Of a stretch of DNA of 59,961 nucleotides, positions 20,010 to 29,306 are shown in pieces. Where the stretch lies: assembly GCA_944381205.1 (NCBI GenBank), contig CALWKG010000005.1, positions 1-59,961 of the forward strand. Direction: 5' to 3'. Positions within the stretch are counted from its first letter, which is position 1. The number at the start of each line of letters is the position of its first letter. The notes beneath the pieces were generated by a model. The model had not been told where the DNA came from, made no database searches, and saw only the letters and a program-made list of their open reading frames with translations. Origin of the DNA: an uncultured Clostridia bacterium (GTDB lineage: Bacteria; Bacillota; Clostridia; Christensenellales; UBA1242). Position numbers and translations under genes: made by a program.

Positions 20010-22361
20010 CTACTTTATGGTTTGTTTTATTAAACTAACTTTGTTGTAAAATTTAGAAGCCGACAAACTAGATATCACCTTTTTGTTTTCTTTTATTGAC
20101 AAAAAACCAAATTCTTCCTGCATTTCAAAAATATTAAGTTCTATAAAAACATACAAACAAAATATAAATTGCGAAAAACTTATACTTTTATCCATAGACG
20201 AAATATGCTTGTACAAATCAATTTCGTTTAAAAAACTTAATTGCTTTGAAGCATACGTACTTATTAATTTAAAGACTTTACCAAAGGTACTTCTATTTGT
20301 AGATAATTTGTCAAATATTTCACCTTTTACTTTTTTGTCATTTGGCAAATAAAGCAGTGCACTAGTGTTTTGCTGGATTGCCCCCACAAAACCTTCGTCC
20401 AATACCATATCTAAAAAAATAATTTTCTTGTATGCCCCAAAATTTTTAAAGTTAATAGGAGAAACAATTATAGAATTTATTCCGCTATTATGAATGACTT
20501 CGAACATATAATGTTGAATATTTTTACTTGGATTTAAGGAACAAATTTGCTGATAAGATTCAAAACTACTGCATACAAAAAGATAGCCAAAAAACTCCCT
20601 TTCTGCCTGTTGTAAAATCTTTTTTAAAGTATTTTTTTGATACACAAAAAATTTTTTATGTGCAGTCGTATATGATAACTGCTTTAAGTAAACCCCGTAC
20701 AGATAATCGTTAGTTTTTAATTTATTTAGCACTCCTGTCGAAATATTTTTTGCCAAACCCTTTACGTTTTGTTTACCCCTAAACTCATTTTTTTCTAACT
20801 CCATCTGAATATTAATGTCATTGCTTAACCTTAAAATCGGTAAATATTTATAAGAGTTAAATGCGACTACACTTAAATTTTTATTAGTAATTGTAATATG
20901 ATTTGGGTGTTTTGGCATATGATTAAAAGTTGTGTCTTTATCAAAACTAACATTAAATATCGGCTTTATATTTTCACAACCACAAGGCTCCAAAACTTCT
21001 AGTGAATTTACAAAATTTATAGTTAACTGTGATGGCTTTAAATCTAAGTCATAATAATTAATTGGCAAAAAGTCTTTTGGCTTGTAGTGGTTTTCTAAAT
21101 ACTTATTAAAATTTACTAAAAACTCATTAAAATTTGATTTCTTTATTGTAAGTCCCGCGGCCATTTTGTGCCCGCCAAAGGTATCTAGAACCTCTTTTAA
21201 ACTTGAAATAGCAGAATAAATGTCAATGTCGTTTATACTTCTTGCACTTCCCTTCAAATCTTCTCCCACTTCGGAAAATAAAATCGTTGGGCGATGGTAC
21301 TCGTTTGCAATTTTCGCTGCAACAATCCCCAAAATACCACTATCCCAATCTTTGCTAAATAAAATTATTGAAGGATAATTTGCTATATTAATATTTTTAA
21401 GTTTTTTGTTTGCATCGTCATAAACCTTGTTACATAAGGCTTGACGTTCTAAATTCATATTAGTAATACTTTCTATTGTTGTTCTTAGTTGAATTTTATC
21501 ATTTTTTATATACAGCATTAGTGCTACACTTGCGTCCCCCATTCTGCCTGCTGCATTAATTTTAGGTGCAAGTTTAAAAGCAATATCAGTAGAATTTGTA
21601 TTGAGCGGTAAATTAATTTCCTTAAAAAGCATCTTTAACCCTAACGGCAAAGTATGCTCGTAGTCCTTCATTCCTAATTTCACAATAGCCCTATTTTCAT
21701 CTTTTAATGGCACAATATCGGCAATGGTTGCAATAGATGCTATGCCTAGATATTTTTTTGCTTCCTGTAAATTTGATAGGGCTTGTACAATTTTAAAAGC
21801 AACACCTGTGCCACACAAAAACTTAAAAGGATACTTTTGCTCACTTAATTTAGGATTTATTACAATAGTATCTGGTATTTTGTCTGGTATATCGTGGTGG
21901 TCAGTTACAATAACGTCTATACCTAAACTCTTTGCGTATTCTATCTCGTCATAACACGAAATACCGCAATCTACCGTAATAATTAAATCTGGGTTGAATT
22001 TATCTTTTATCTGCGCAATATTATCTATACTAAGCCCATAACCATCTAAATACCTGTTAGGTAAAAAATAATCTACATATACTCCTATTGAAGAAAAGTA
22101 TTTTATTAAAATAGCACTTGCGCTAACCCCATCTACGTCATAGTCCCCAAAAATAAGAATTTTTTGCCTTTCTTGTACCGCCTTATTGACCCTTTTTACT
22201 AATAAATTCATTCCACTTAATAAAAACGGGTCATAAAAGCAACTATCATCTGGATATAAAAACTTTTGTAATTTATCTTCGCTATCTATGCCACGTTTTA
22301 ATAAAATATCAACTACTAAACTATTTATATTGTATTTTTTTGAAATATAATCTTTATCCAT
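20010..22361 (-). CDS. recJ: ssDNA exonuclease RecJ
   Basis: GDYDVDG, TVDCG, TDHH, IADIV, NAAGR, GSARS, GGHKMAAG. Confidence 0.96.
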   Translation of the reverse strand: MDKDYISKKYNINSLVVDILLKRGIDSEDKLQKFLYPDDSCFYDPFLLSGMNLLVKRVNKAVQERQKILIFGDYDVDGVSASAILIKYFSSIGVYVDYFLPNRYLDGYGLSIDNIAQIKDKFNPDLIITVDCGISCYDEIEYAKSLGIDVIVTDHHDIPDKIPDTIVINPKLSEQKYPFKFLCGTGVAFKIVQALSNLQEAKKYLGIASIATIADIVPLKDENRAIVKLGMKDYEHTLPLGLKMLFKEINLPLNTNSTDIAFKLAPKINAAGRMGDASVALMLYIKNDKIQLRTTIESITNMNLERQALCNKVYDDANKKLKNINIANYPSIILFSKDWDSGILGIVAAKIANEYHRPTILFSEVGEDLKGSARSINDIDIYSAISSLKEVLDTFGGHKMAAGLTIKKSNFNEFLVNFNKYLENHYKPKDFLPINYYDLDLKPSQLTINFVNSLEVLEPCGCENIKPIFNVSFDKDTTFNHMPKHPNHITITNKNLSVVAFNSYKYLPILRLSNDINIQMELEKNEFRGKQNVKGLAKNISTGVLNKLKTNDYLYGVYLKQLSYTTAHKKFFVYQKNTLKKILQQAEREFFGYLFVCSSFESYQQICSLNPSKNIQHYMFEVIHNSGINSIIVSPINFKNFGAYKKIIFLDMVLDEGFVGAIQQNTSALLYLPNDKKVKGEIFDKLSTNRSTFGKVFKLISTYASKQLSFLNEIDLYKHISSMDKSISFSQFIFCLYVFIELNIFEMQEEFGFLSIKENKKVISSLSASKFYNKVSLIKQTIK

Positions 22362-22368
22362 AGATTAT

Positions 22369-22397
22369 ATTTTAACACAACAATATTTTGCTTGCAA
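22369..22397 (-). promoter_or_regulatory. recJ sigma-A promoter (leaderless geometry)
   Basis: TTGCAA-17-TAAAAT ends 7 nt before the ATG; no SD. Confidence 0.6.
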
Positions 22398-22688
22398 ATC
22401 AATAATTTTGTTTATATCATCAAGCGACTCATCTTTTAATAATACTTTATATTAATAAAAACAATATTATATACCACTAACGAAAGACTACAAATATCAA
22501 GTATTTTTTAAAAAAATTAATCATAAAAATTCTTTAATTTTACTTATTACGCGCTATTCTTTCATTAGATAATACTCTTAAAAAAACTATTTTGCATACC
22601 TTTTTATATAAAAAACAAATATAATTTTTTTTCAAATTACCACCTGTTTTTTATTTTTTGTCTTAACTAAATAGTACTCTATTATTTA

Positions 22689-23075
22689 CTATCTTTTACT
22701 AAAATTTACAAATATTACCCCAAACAAAAGTCCTAATATCGCCCCAAAAATAAGGTCATATAATATCGCAAGAGAAAAATAAAAACTAGATACAAGTAAA
22801 CTGAAAACTAAATAAGATAGCAACATATATAGTGCACCTATTGTGCTTCCCTTTAACATTCCCTGCTTTTTGTCTTTTTTTAAGCACAAAAAAATCCCAA
22901 AACCAATACTTGCCACTTTTATTACTTGGTTAATCACTTTAATTGTTGTGTCACTCATATCAACAAATTTGTATATTATAGCCAATATTAAAACAAGTAC
23001 TATTGTAAGAGCCAAAGCCATTAAAACTCCCCTTAAAATATTTAATAAATTGGCTTTTTTGTTTGTAAGTTCCAT
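22689..23075 (-). CDS. Four-TM membrane protein (TIGR04086/YrzE-like)
   Basis: Four hydrophobic segments with a KKQGMLKG..IG motif. Lies downstream of yajC, as in Clostridia. Confidence 0.7.
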   Translation of the reverse strand: MELTNKKANLLNILRGVLMALALTIVLVLILAIIYKFVDMSDTTIKVINQVIKVASIGFGIFLCLKKDKKQGMLKGSTIGALYMLLSYLVFSLLVSSFYFSLAILYDLIFGAILGLLFGVIFVNFSKR

Positions 23076-23110
23076 AAAAATCTCCTTTTTTGCCTATTTT
23101 AAATTATTAA

Positions 23111-23139
23111 AACGTATGCTAAAAAAATTGCTTTTATGC
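23111..23139 (-). promoter_or_regulatory. sigma-E-like promoter
   Basis: GCATAAA-N14-CATACGTT on the minus strand. Confidence 0.45.
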
Positions 23140-23519
23140 AAGATAGCAAAAGACATTAGTTAAAATTAAAAAATAAAAAATCTATAAAAATAGAAAACAA
23201 ATAAATTTTGTAAAGGATAAATAATAAATGATTTTTTATAAAAAATAAAAAATAAATGAAATTTCATAAAAAATTAAATGCTATTTTTTTTACAAAAACT
23301 AAATAAAAGATATTACTAAAACCAAAAATTTTTACTAAATATTTTTCAATTCTAAGACCAGTTAAAAACATTAACTTGCAAGCAAAAAATTAAAAAATTT
23401 AGAAACCAAACAAATGATAAAAGACCTAAAAAATTTTTTAACTATTTAGTCCAAAAAATATGAAAGCAAAAATTCCTTTACACTATCAAAAAAAACAAAA
23501 ATATATAAATATTAGCAAT

Positions 23520-23555
23520 AAAAAAATGACGCAAAGAAAAGTTTACGTCATTTTA
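23520..23555 (-). terminator. Terminator downstream of secD-secF-yajC
   Basis: AAAATGACG...CGTCATTTT stem plus U-tract on the minus strand. Confidence 0.65.
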
Positions 23556-23635
23556 GATTATAATTACTAAAAATTTTATTTAAAAATTAATCTCTCTTGT
23601 TAGTCGGCATTGATAATTTTACTAATATCTTATTA

Positions 23636-23905
23636 TTTTTTTACTAATTTTTATCTATTTTTTATCTTTTTTTTATCTATTTTTTATCTATTTTTAACTA
23701 TTTTTTAAGTAATTTTAATAGGTTTTTTAATAATTTTTTACTGTTTTTTATCACTTTTTAATTAAAAATTAACTATTTATTTTTAAAATAACAATGATTT
23801 TTCAGTAGTTTTTTTAGTAAATTTTAGTAATTTATAACTAATTTTTTGATTAAATTTTTAATAATTCTTCCATAATTTTTATATTTTTTTGCTAATTTTC
23901 AATGT
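23636..23905. repeat. Low-complexity phased T-tract array (TTTTTATCTA-like units)
   Basis: Several near-tandem TTTTTATC(T/A) units followed by T-tracts recurring about every 11-12 nt. Confidence 0.6.
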
Positions 23906-23907
23906 TT

Positions 23908-24528
23908 TTATTGCTTTTTTTTGTGATTTTTTGCTGGTTTTTTAGTTGATTTTTTAGTAGATTCTACTGATGAATTAGACTCTACATCTACATTGTTTTT
24001 AACAGTAGATTGATTTTCTTTTGCAGATTTTTTTTCTTGATTTCCTTCACTTTTTTTGTCTTCATTTATAGACTCTTGATTTTTTGAACTATCGTTTTTA
24101 GAATTGGATTTATTAGAGTCTTCTTTGCTTTCGCCTGTCTTTTTTAAAACCTGCTCTTTCGCTACATCTGGTTCAACTACGTTACCATTTTCGTCTAAAA
24201 TTAAATCTTGTTTTTCATCAATACCCAAAATAACACTTGCATTAATTGTCAAGTAACTAACTTTGCCACCATCTTCACCAGTTTTTATAACTACAATCTT
24301 ACCCATACTAGTTTCCTTTTGAGAAACAATTTCACCATAAATACCAGCATTTGTGACAATTTTATCACCCGTTTTTAAGTTGTTGAGCATTTTCATTGCT
24401 TCTTCTTGTTGTTTTTTTCTATTAATAGTGCCGAATATAAGATAAACAATCATAAGCACTATTAAAACAATCAATGCTATTGTCCAACCCAAGTTTCCAC
24501 CAGTTTCGGCTGCTAATAAATTAATCAT
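23908..24528 (-). CDS. yajC: Preprotein translocase subunit YajC with a long low-complexity tail
   Basis: Single TM then LKTGDKIVTNAGIYGEIV. Next to secF. Confidence 0.88.
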   Translation of the reverse strand: MINLLAAETGGNLGWTIALIVLIVLMIVYLIFGTINRKKQQEEAMKMLNNLKTGDKIVTNAGIYGEIVSQKETSMGKIVVIKTGEDGGKVSYLTINASVILGIDEKQDLILDENGNVVEPDVAKEQVLKKTGESKEDSNKSNSKNDSSKNQESINEDKKSEGNQEKKSAKENQSTVKNNVDVESNSSVESTKKSTKKPAKNHKKKQ

Positions 24529-24628
24529 TCTTCACCTCTTTAAATATTTATTTATTAAACTATATATCAAATTTTTTAGAATTATCAAAACAAAATTTTT
24601 ATTTTTTTATACTTTTTTGTCATAAAAA

Positions 24629-25702
24629 TTAGTTTTCTTCTACATCAATAACTTTCGCAGACGAATCTTTTTCGTTTAACTTTTCTTGCTTTACTGCGAC
24701 CTTACCTGATGCTTCCGTTCTTAAAATTCCGCGTTTTGTAAAAGTTTCCCTTGTCCTTTGAATACTAGACCAAAATGCTGGAACAACAAAAATGTGTGTA
24801 CCAAAAATAACAACTAAACCTGCAATTAACGCAATTAAGGTATACATAACATTAGTTGTAGATAAAATACCCCAAACCACAAGTGCTAAACACACAGCAA
24901 CATATATAAATAAATTTTTCTTCCAATTTTGGTCTACGTACATATTTACCAAATCTTGATTAGATTTAGTTGATAGAGATGGTTCTTTTGCTTTTTGCTT
25001 AATGTCAATAAACATAGATACACTAGCATAAACACTAACAATCATAATTAACGCAAGTGCAACAAACAAATATCTATTTACCTCTATCCTTGCAAGTGCG
25101 ACAAAACTTAAAAATAGCAACAAATCAGCCACAGCACCAAATAAAATTGTCAATGCACCTGCTACTTTAAACCTAAAACAAGCATAGACACATATAAGAG
25201 TTATCGCAAATATTAAAGCAGACACTATTGTTAAAAATTCACTACTAGCGACAAAAGAATCAATTTCACTTGTTCTAAAAGTCAAATCTTCTTGCTCACC
25301 CAAAATTGACGAATCTAGCGAGTCATCTTCTTTTAAAAGTTTGTTAATGTCTAACCTAATTTTGTCTAAGGTTTGACCTTCCACATTTTTAAAAGTGATT
25401 ACAAAAGCCCTAGAATTGTATTCCCCTTGAATTTGAAAAGAATTAATATCTACATTATAGTCATACAAAATTTGCCTTATTTCATCTTCTGCCTTAGCCA
25501 AAGTTTCATCATCTGACGCAGGGTAATTAGTTCCTGTAAACTCAACTACAAGTTGTGTTCCGCCAGAAAAATCAAGGCTTGTATTAAAACCAAAAAATCC
25601 AACAACCACAGCGCCTATTAAAATAATTGCGAGTATGACTATTAAACAAGGTTTAAAAAATTTAACATAATTTGTACTCTTTAATGCTTCGTTAGATTTC
25701 AT
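24629..25702 (-). CDS. secF: SecF-like protein (divergent)
   Basis: GFNTSLDFSGGT motif, periplasmic domain, 5 further TMs, YACFRF. Overlaps the secD stop. Confidence 0.8.
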   Translation of the reverse strand: MKSNEALKSTNYVKFFKPCLIVILAIILIGAVVVGFFGFNTSLDFSGGTQLVVEFTGTNYPASDDETLAKAEDEIRQILYDYNVDINSFQIQGEYNSRAFVITFKNVEGQTLDKIRLDINKLLKEDDSLDSSILGEQEDLTFRTSEIDSFVASSEFLTIVSALIFAITLICVYACFRFKVAGALTILFGAVADLLLFLSFVALARIEVNRYLFVALALIMIVSVYASVSMFIDIKQKAKEPSLSTKSNQDLVNMYVDQNWKKNLFIYVAVCLALVVWGILSTTNVMYTLIALIAGLVVIFGTHIFVVPAFWSSIQRTRETFTKRGILRTEASGKVAVKQEKLNEKDSSAKVIDVEEN

Positions 25703-27032
25703 TTTTTGCCACCTCTCTATTTAAATTGTACAAAGTTTTTCTATTGCTATTTATATTGATATAAGAGTAGCAAGTTCCCCGAAGCACAACAAATAAGACA
25801 AAATAATTCACAAACATACCAAGGAATAGCGCAACAGCAAAATATTTTAAGCCTGCTGTACCTACTAGATAAAATATAGCACAAAGCAATACTACAAAAA
25901 TGTACTTTTCTAATGTTGACAATGTTTTATTTCTAAAAGCGCTAATGACACTGTTTGGTATCTTTTTGCCTTGATTATATTCAAACCTAACACGTTCAAA
26001 AATTTCTATCATACTGAAAACCAAAAGTGCAAAGGCACATACTACCCCAAGAAGTCCATTAAGGTCTACCACCACTAGGGGAATTGATTGTAATAGGAAA
26101 GAATAAACAGAAATGAAAACCCCAAAAGACATAATACTTAAAAACCCTAGCATACGATATCTAACAAGTAAGAAAATTATTGAAACCAGAAGTAATGCCC
26201 CAAAAACTGTAAGAGTTAGTGTTTTTATGTTCCCAAAGAAAACCCCGTCACTTGTACTTAATCCACTTGTAATTTGATTATCTACTACCTTCCTTAACGT
26301 AATAGGTTTTGCAAGAGCATTAACCCTTAAAGCCAAACTTTCCGCTGCGGTAGTGTTTTCACTATAAAGGTCTATTTGGGTCATTGCCCCCAAAATCTCG
26401 TCTGAACTTAAAGAATTATAATTTGTGCCGTCAAGGTACAAATACAAACTATCACTTGTACCGATAATAGATTGGGTCATTTCACGCAATAAATTTTGAC
26501 CTTCTTCATTAAAAGTAATAGAGACTTTGTACCCTGCCCCCTGAGTGTTTGGTCCCCAAGTACACCCTACTACATATTTAGAAGTAATACTACCTTCTGC
26601 ATTAGGGTCATCACTACTTTTGTTTATAGTGATTCCAGTACTGGACCCTATTAAGTCCATAAGGTCGGCAGTACTACCAGCCATAGAAAGTAAATTAGTC
26701 GTATTTTGGTCATCAAAATAGGAGGCCTCTACCCTTAGGGTATCGCCCTGTCTTGTAATATTGTACCCTTCACTACTGAAAGAATTGCGAAGTTTGGTAA
26801 CTGTTTCGTTAAGATACATATCTTTGTAATCACTAGACAAATCACTATCTGCTACCTCAAAAACGGCAAGCCTGCCACCATTTAGATCGTAGCCATAATT
26901 AATGGCATTAAAAAAACCCAAATAGGTTGTATTAGTTGTTGGTATAACAAAACTAACAAACGTAAGCAATAAGCCAATTATGGTAAGTATAGCCACAATA
27001 CAAAGTTTGACCTTAGACCTAGTTTTGCTCAT
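25692..27032 (-). CDS. secD: SecD-like protein (divergent)
   Basis: INYGYDLNGG (GLDLxGG), V.ITFNEEG, IFERVRFE, G..GLKYFAVALFLG. Confidence 0.82.
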   Translation of the reverse strand: MSKTRSKVKLCIVAILTIIGLLLTFVSFVIPTTNTTYLGFFNAINYGYDLNGGRLAVFEVADSDLSSDYKDMYLNETVTKLRNSFSSEGYNITRQGDTLRVEASYFDDQNTTNLLSMAGSTADLMDLIGSSTGITINKSSDDPNAEGSITSKYVVGCTWGPNTQGAGYKVSITFNEEGQNLLREMTQSIIGTSDSLYLYLDGTNYNSLSSDEILGAMTQIDLYSENTTAAESLALRVNALAKPITLRKVVDNQITSGLSTSDGVFFGNIKTLTLTVFGALLLVSIIFLLVRYRMLGFLSIMSFGVFISVYSFLLQSIPLVVVDLNGLLGVVCAFALLVFSMIEIFERVRFEYNQGKKIPNSVISAFRNKTLSTLEKYIFVVLLCAIFYLVGTAGLKYFAVALFLGMFVNYFVLFVVLRGTCYSYININSNRKTLYNLNREVAKNEI

Positions 27033-27065
27033 TATATACCTTTATCTCCTTTTCGTAACGCAATA

Positions 27066-27094
27066 AGTATACAGGATTGTCCCCTTTTAGTCAA
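27066..27094 (-). promoter_or_regulatory. sigma-A promoter of secD
   Basis: TTGACT-17-TATACT. Confidence 0.65.
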
Positions 27095-27269
27095 TTATAT
27101 TTTTACCTATTTTGCGTGTATTTTAATACTAAAACATAATAACATAATTTTTGCCCAAAAAAATATTTATATACGGATTGAAATATTTAAAATTTGATAT
27201 AAAGTTTGATGGTGTGGTGTGATATAAGGGTATTAATGTTTGAGATAATAAATTCTTTAAAATCCCTTT

Positions 27270-27575
27270 TTTAGTGGGTAATTAAGATTTAGAATGAGAA
27301 GAAGAACGGTGTAATAAAAGAGTGACATTTCTAACATAGCGGATTCTTCGAAAGTCCATCATTGCGGGTTGACTCTCAGAATGATGAATGAAATCAGAAT
27401 GACCAATAGAAATTATTATACAAAAAATAGTGGAACAAAAAACAACGGAAAACATACTCAAAATGACGAAAAAAAGAGCGACGGAAGGAGATATATAAAA
27501 TGGTGTAATACTTACAATTACAGAAAAAGTCGGCACCTAATACGATACAAATCATTTTAAGTGTCGACATATAAA
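27270..27575 (+). ncRNA. Compact OLE-like RNA (boundaries approximate)
   Basis: Blocks in the order I recall for OLE: TTTAGAATGAG, AACATAGCGGATT..AGTCC.TCATTG..GTTGACT, GATGAA..ATCAGAAT, AGTGGA, GGAAAAC, GCGAC, TACGAT. GATTT/AAATC close the ends and GGATT/AGTCC form an internal stem. No credible ORF. Confidence 0.6.
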
Positions 27576-27605
27576 GTATTGCTACCAAAGAGTTTATACA
27601 AAATT

Positions 27606-27914
27606 TTATTTCTTTAAAACGTCTAAAATTTGCGTTTTTTGTCTAAGCCCAATTAACCTTTGTACTTCTGCCCCATCTTTTAATACAACCATTGTAGGAA
27701 CGCTCATAACCCCAAACTTTTTGGCAATATCTAGGCACTCGTCTATATCTACTTTGTACAACTTAATATCTTCGCCAACTTCGTCTGCCACCTGTTCTAA
27801 AATAGGGGACAACATTCTACAAGGTCCACACCAAGTAGCAAAAAAATCTACCAAAACTGTTCCCTTTGAAGTCTTTTCATCAAAATTTTCTTGTGTTAAA
27901 TGTTCTAAACTCAT
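27606..27914 (-). CDS. trxA: Thioredoxin
   Basis: WCGPC motif, 102 aa. Confidence 0.97.
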   Translation of the reverse strand: MSLEHLTQENFDEKTSKGTVLVDFFATWCGPCRMLSPILEQVADEVGEDIKLYKVDIDECLDIAKKFGVMSVPTMVVLKDGAEVQRLIGLRQKTQILDVLKK

Positions 27915-27980
27915 AAAAATCTCCTTATTTTTGTTTCAATATATTATATATCACAAAACAAAACTTTTTGTTAAGCAAAT

Positions 27981-29300
27981 TTACAAAACATATTTTCTAA
28001 GGTCGTGGTCTTTATCAAAGTTTTTAAAGGCATCGGTTACATATTTCTTATCGATTACTACATCTGTCATAGGGTGGTCCCCACCAGCATTATAACTAAT
28101 GTCTTCTAAAAGCAATTCTATTACAGTATGAAGTCTCCTTGCCCCTAAATTCTCGCTTGTTTCATTTTCTTCTTCTGTATATCTTGCGATTTCTTTTAAA
28201 GCATCTTCTTTAAAAATCAAATTTATATTATCTACCCTAAGCAATGCCTGATATTGAAGAGTAATAGCATTTTTAGGTTCTGTTAAGATTTTATAAAATT
28301 CTTTTGCGGTTAAATTATCTAAATCTACCCTAATAGGAAATCTACCCTGTAATTCTGGGATTAAATCTTCAACCTTAGACACGTGAAAAGCCCCTGCTGC
28401 AATAAACAAAATATAATCCGTTTTTACCACTCCATATTTTGTATTTACGGTGCAGCCCTCTACTATTGGCAAAATATCCCGCTGTACACCTTCTCTACTA
28501 ACTTCTGGACCATTAGAACGGGAATTTGTCCCGGCAATTTTATCTATCTCGTCAATAAAAATTATTCCTTCTTGTTCTGCTCGTCTAACAGCCTCTGCCT
28601 TAGTTGCGTCTATGTCTATAACTTTGTCACATTCTTCTTGGTTTAAAATTTCTCTCGCTTCACGAATTGTAAGTTTTCGTTTTTTCTTTCTAGATGGAAA
28701 AATTCCACCCATTATATCTCCTATATTTATTTCTGCCCCCATACCCGGAACCATTTCAAATGCTCGTGGGGCTTCTTTTACTTCCATTTCAACAAATTCA
28801 TCATCATACTTGCCATCTATTAAATTTTTGTTAATATGCTCCCTAAATTCTTCCCCATTGACGTCTACCCCATCTACTGTTTGTCTTTTTATAGGATAAA
28901 TTAAATCAAATAGTCTTTTATCAACATTTGGCTTAATTTTTTCTATAACGTCATTTACCTTTTCGTCCTTAACAAGCCTAAAAGAGGCTTCTACAAGGTC
29001 ACGAACCATACTTTCTACATCTCTGCCCACATATCCCACTTCGGTATATTTGGTTGCTTCTACCTTTATAAAAGGAGCCCCAACCAAGCGAGCAAGTCTA
29101 CGAGCAATTTCTGTTTTACCAACACCCGTTGGCCCCTTCATAATAATATTTTTTGGAGTAATTTCGTCCTGCATTTGTTTATCTAACCTACTACGTCTAT
29201 ACCTGTTTCTAAGGGCAATGGCAACTGCTTTTTTTGCCTTATCTTGCCCAATAATATATTTATCTAGTTCTTCCACTATTTGTTTTGGTGTAAAATTCAT
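27981..29300 (-). CDS. hslU: ATP-dependent protease ATPase subunit HslU (ClpY)
   Basis: GPTGVGKTEIARRLA, EATKYTEVGYVGRD, FIDEIDK, GARRL. Confidence 0.98.
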   Translation of the reverse strand: MNFTPKQIVEELDKYIIGQDKAKKAVAIALRNRYRRSRLDKQMQDEITPKNIIMKGPTGVGKTEIARRLARLVGAPFIKVEATKYTEVGYVGRDVESMVRDLVEASFRLVKDEKVNDVIEKIKPNVDKRLFDLIYPIKRQTVDGVDVNGEEFREHINKNLIDGKYDDEFVEMEVKEAPRAFEMVPGMGAEINIGDIMGGIFPSRKKKRKLTIREAREILNQEECDKVIDIDATKAEAVRRAEQEGIIFIDEIDKIAGTNSRSNGPEVSREGVQRDILPIVEGCTVNTKYGVVKTDYILFIAAGAFHVSKVEDLIPELQGRFPIRVDLDNLTAKEFYKILTEPKNAITLQYQALLRVDNINLIFKEDALKEIARYTEEENETSENLGARRLHTVIELLLEDISYNAGGDHPMTDVVIDKKYVTDAFKNFDKDHDLRKYVL

Positions 29301-29306
29301 ACTACT

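Noticed and set aside
22540-22640. Tiny minus-strand ORFs (~18 aa) where a six-cysteine SCIFF peptide often lies in Clostridia
   Set aside because: No Cys-rich peptide, weak SD spacing, and no radical-SAM maturase nearby.
23636-23905. CRISPR array or replication origin in the AT-rich spacer
   Set aside because: The units are short, degenerate and lack unique spacers. No cas genes are present, and I saw no cluster of TTATCCACA DnaA boxes.
27349-27540. RNase P RNA (GAAAGTCC and ACAGAA...GGC resemble CR-I and CR-V)
   Set aside because: The P4 pairing cannot form (AGTCCATC has no complementary 3' GATGGCT), and the other blocks fit OLE better.
27282-27588. Three short overlapping ORFs (63-84 aa)
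   Set aside because: No convincing SD or protein-like features; better explained as chance frames over a structured RNA.
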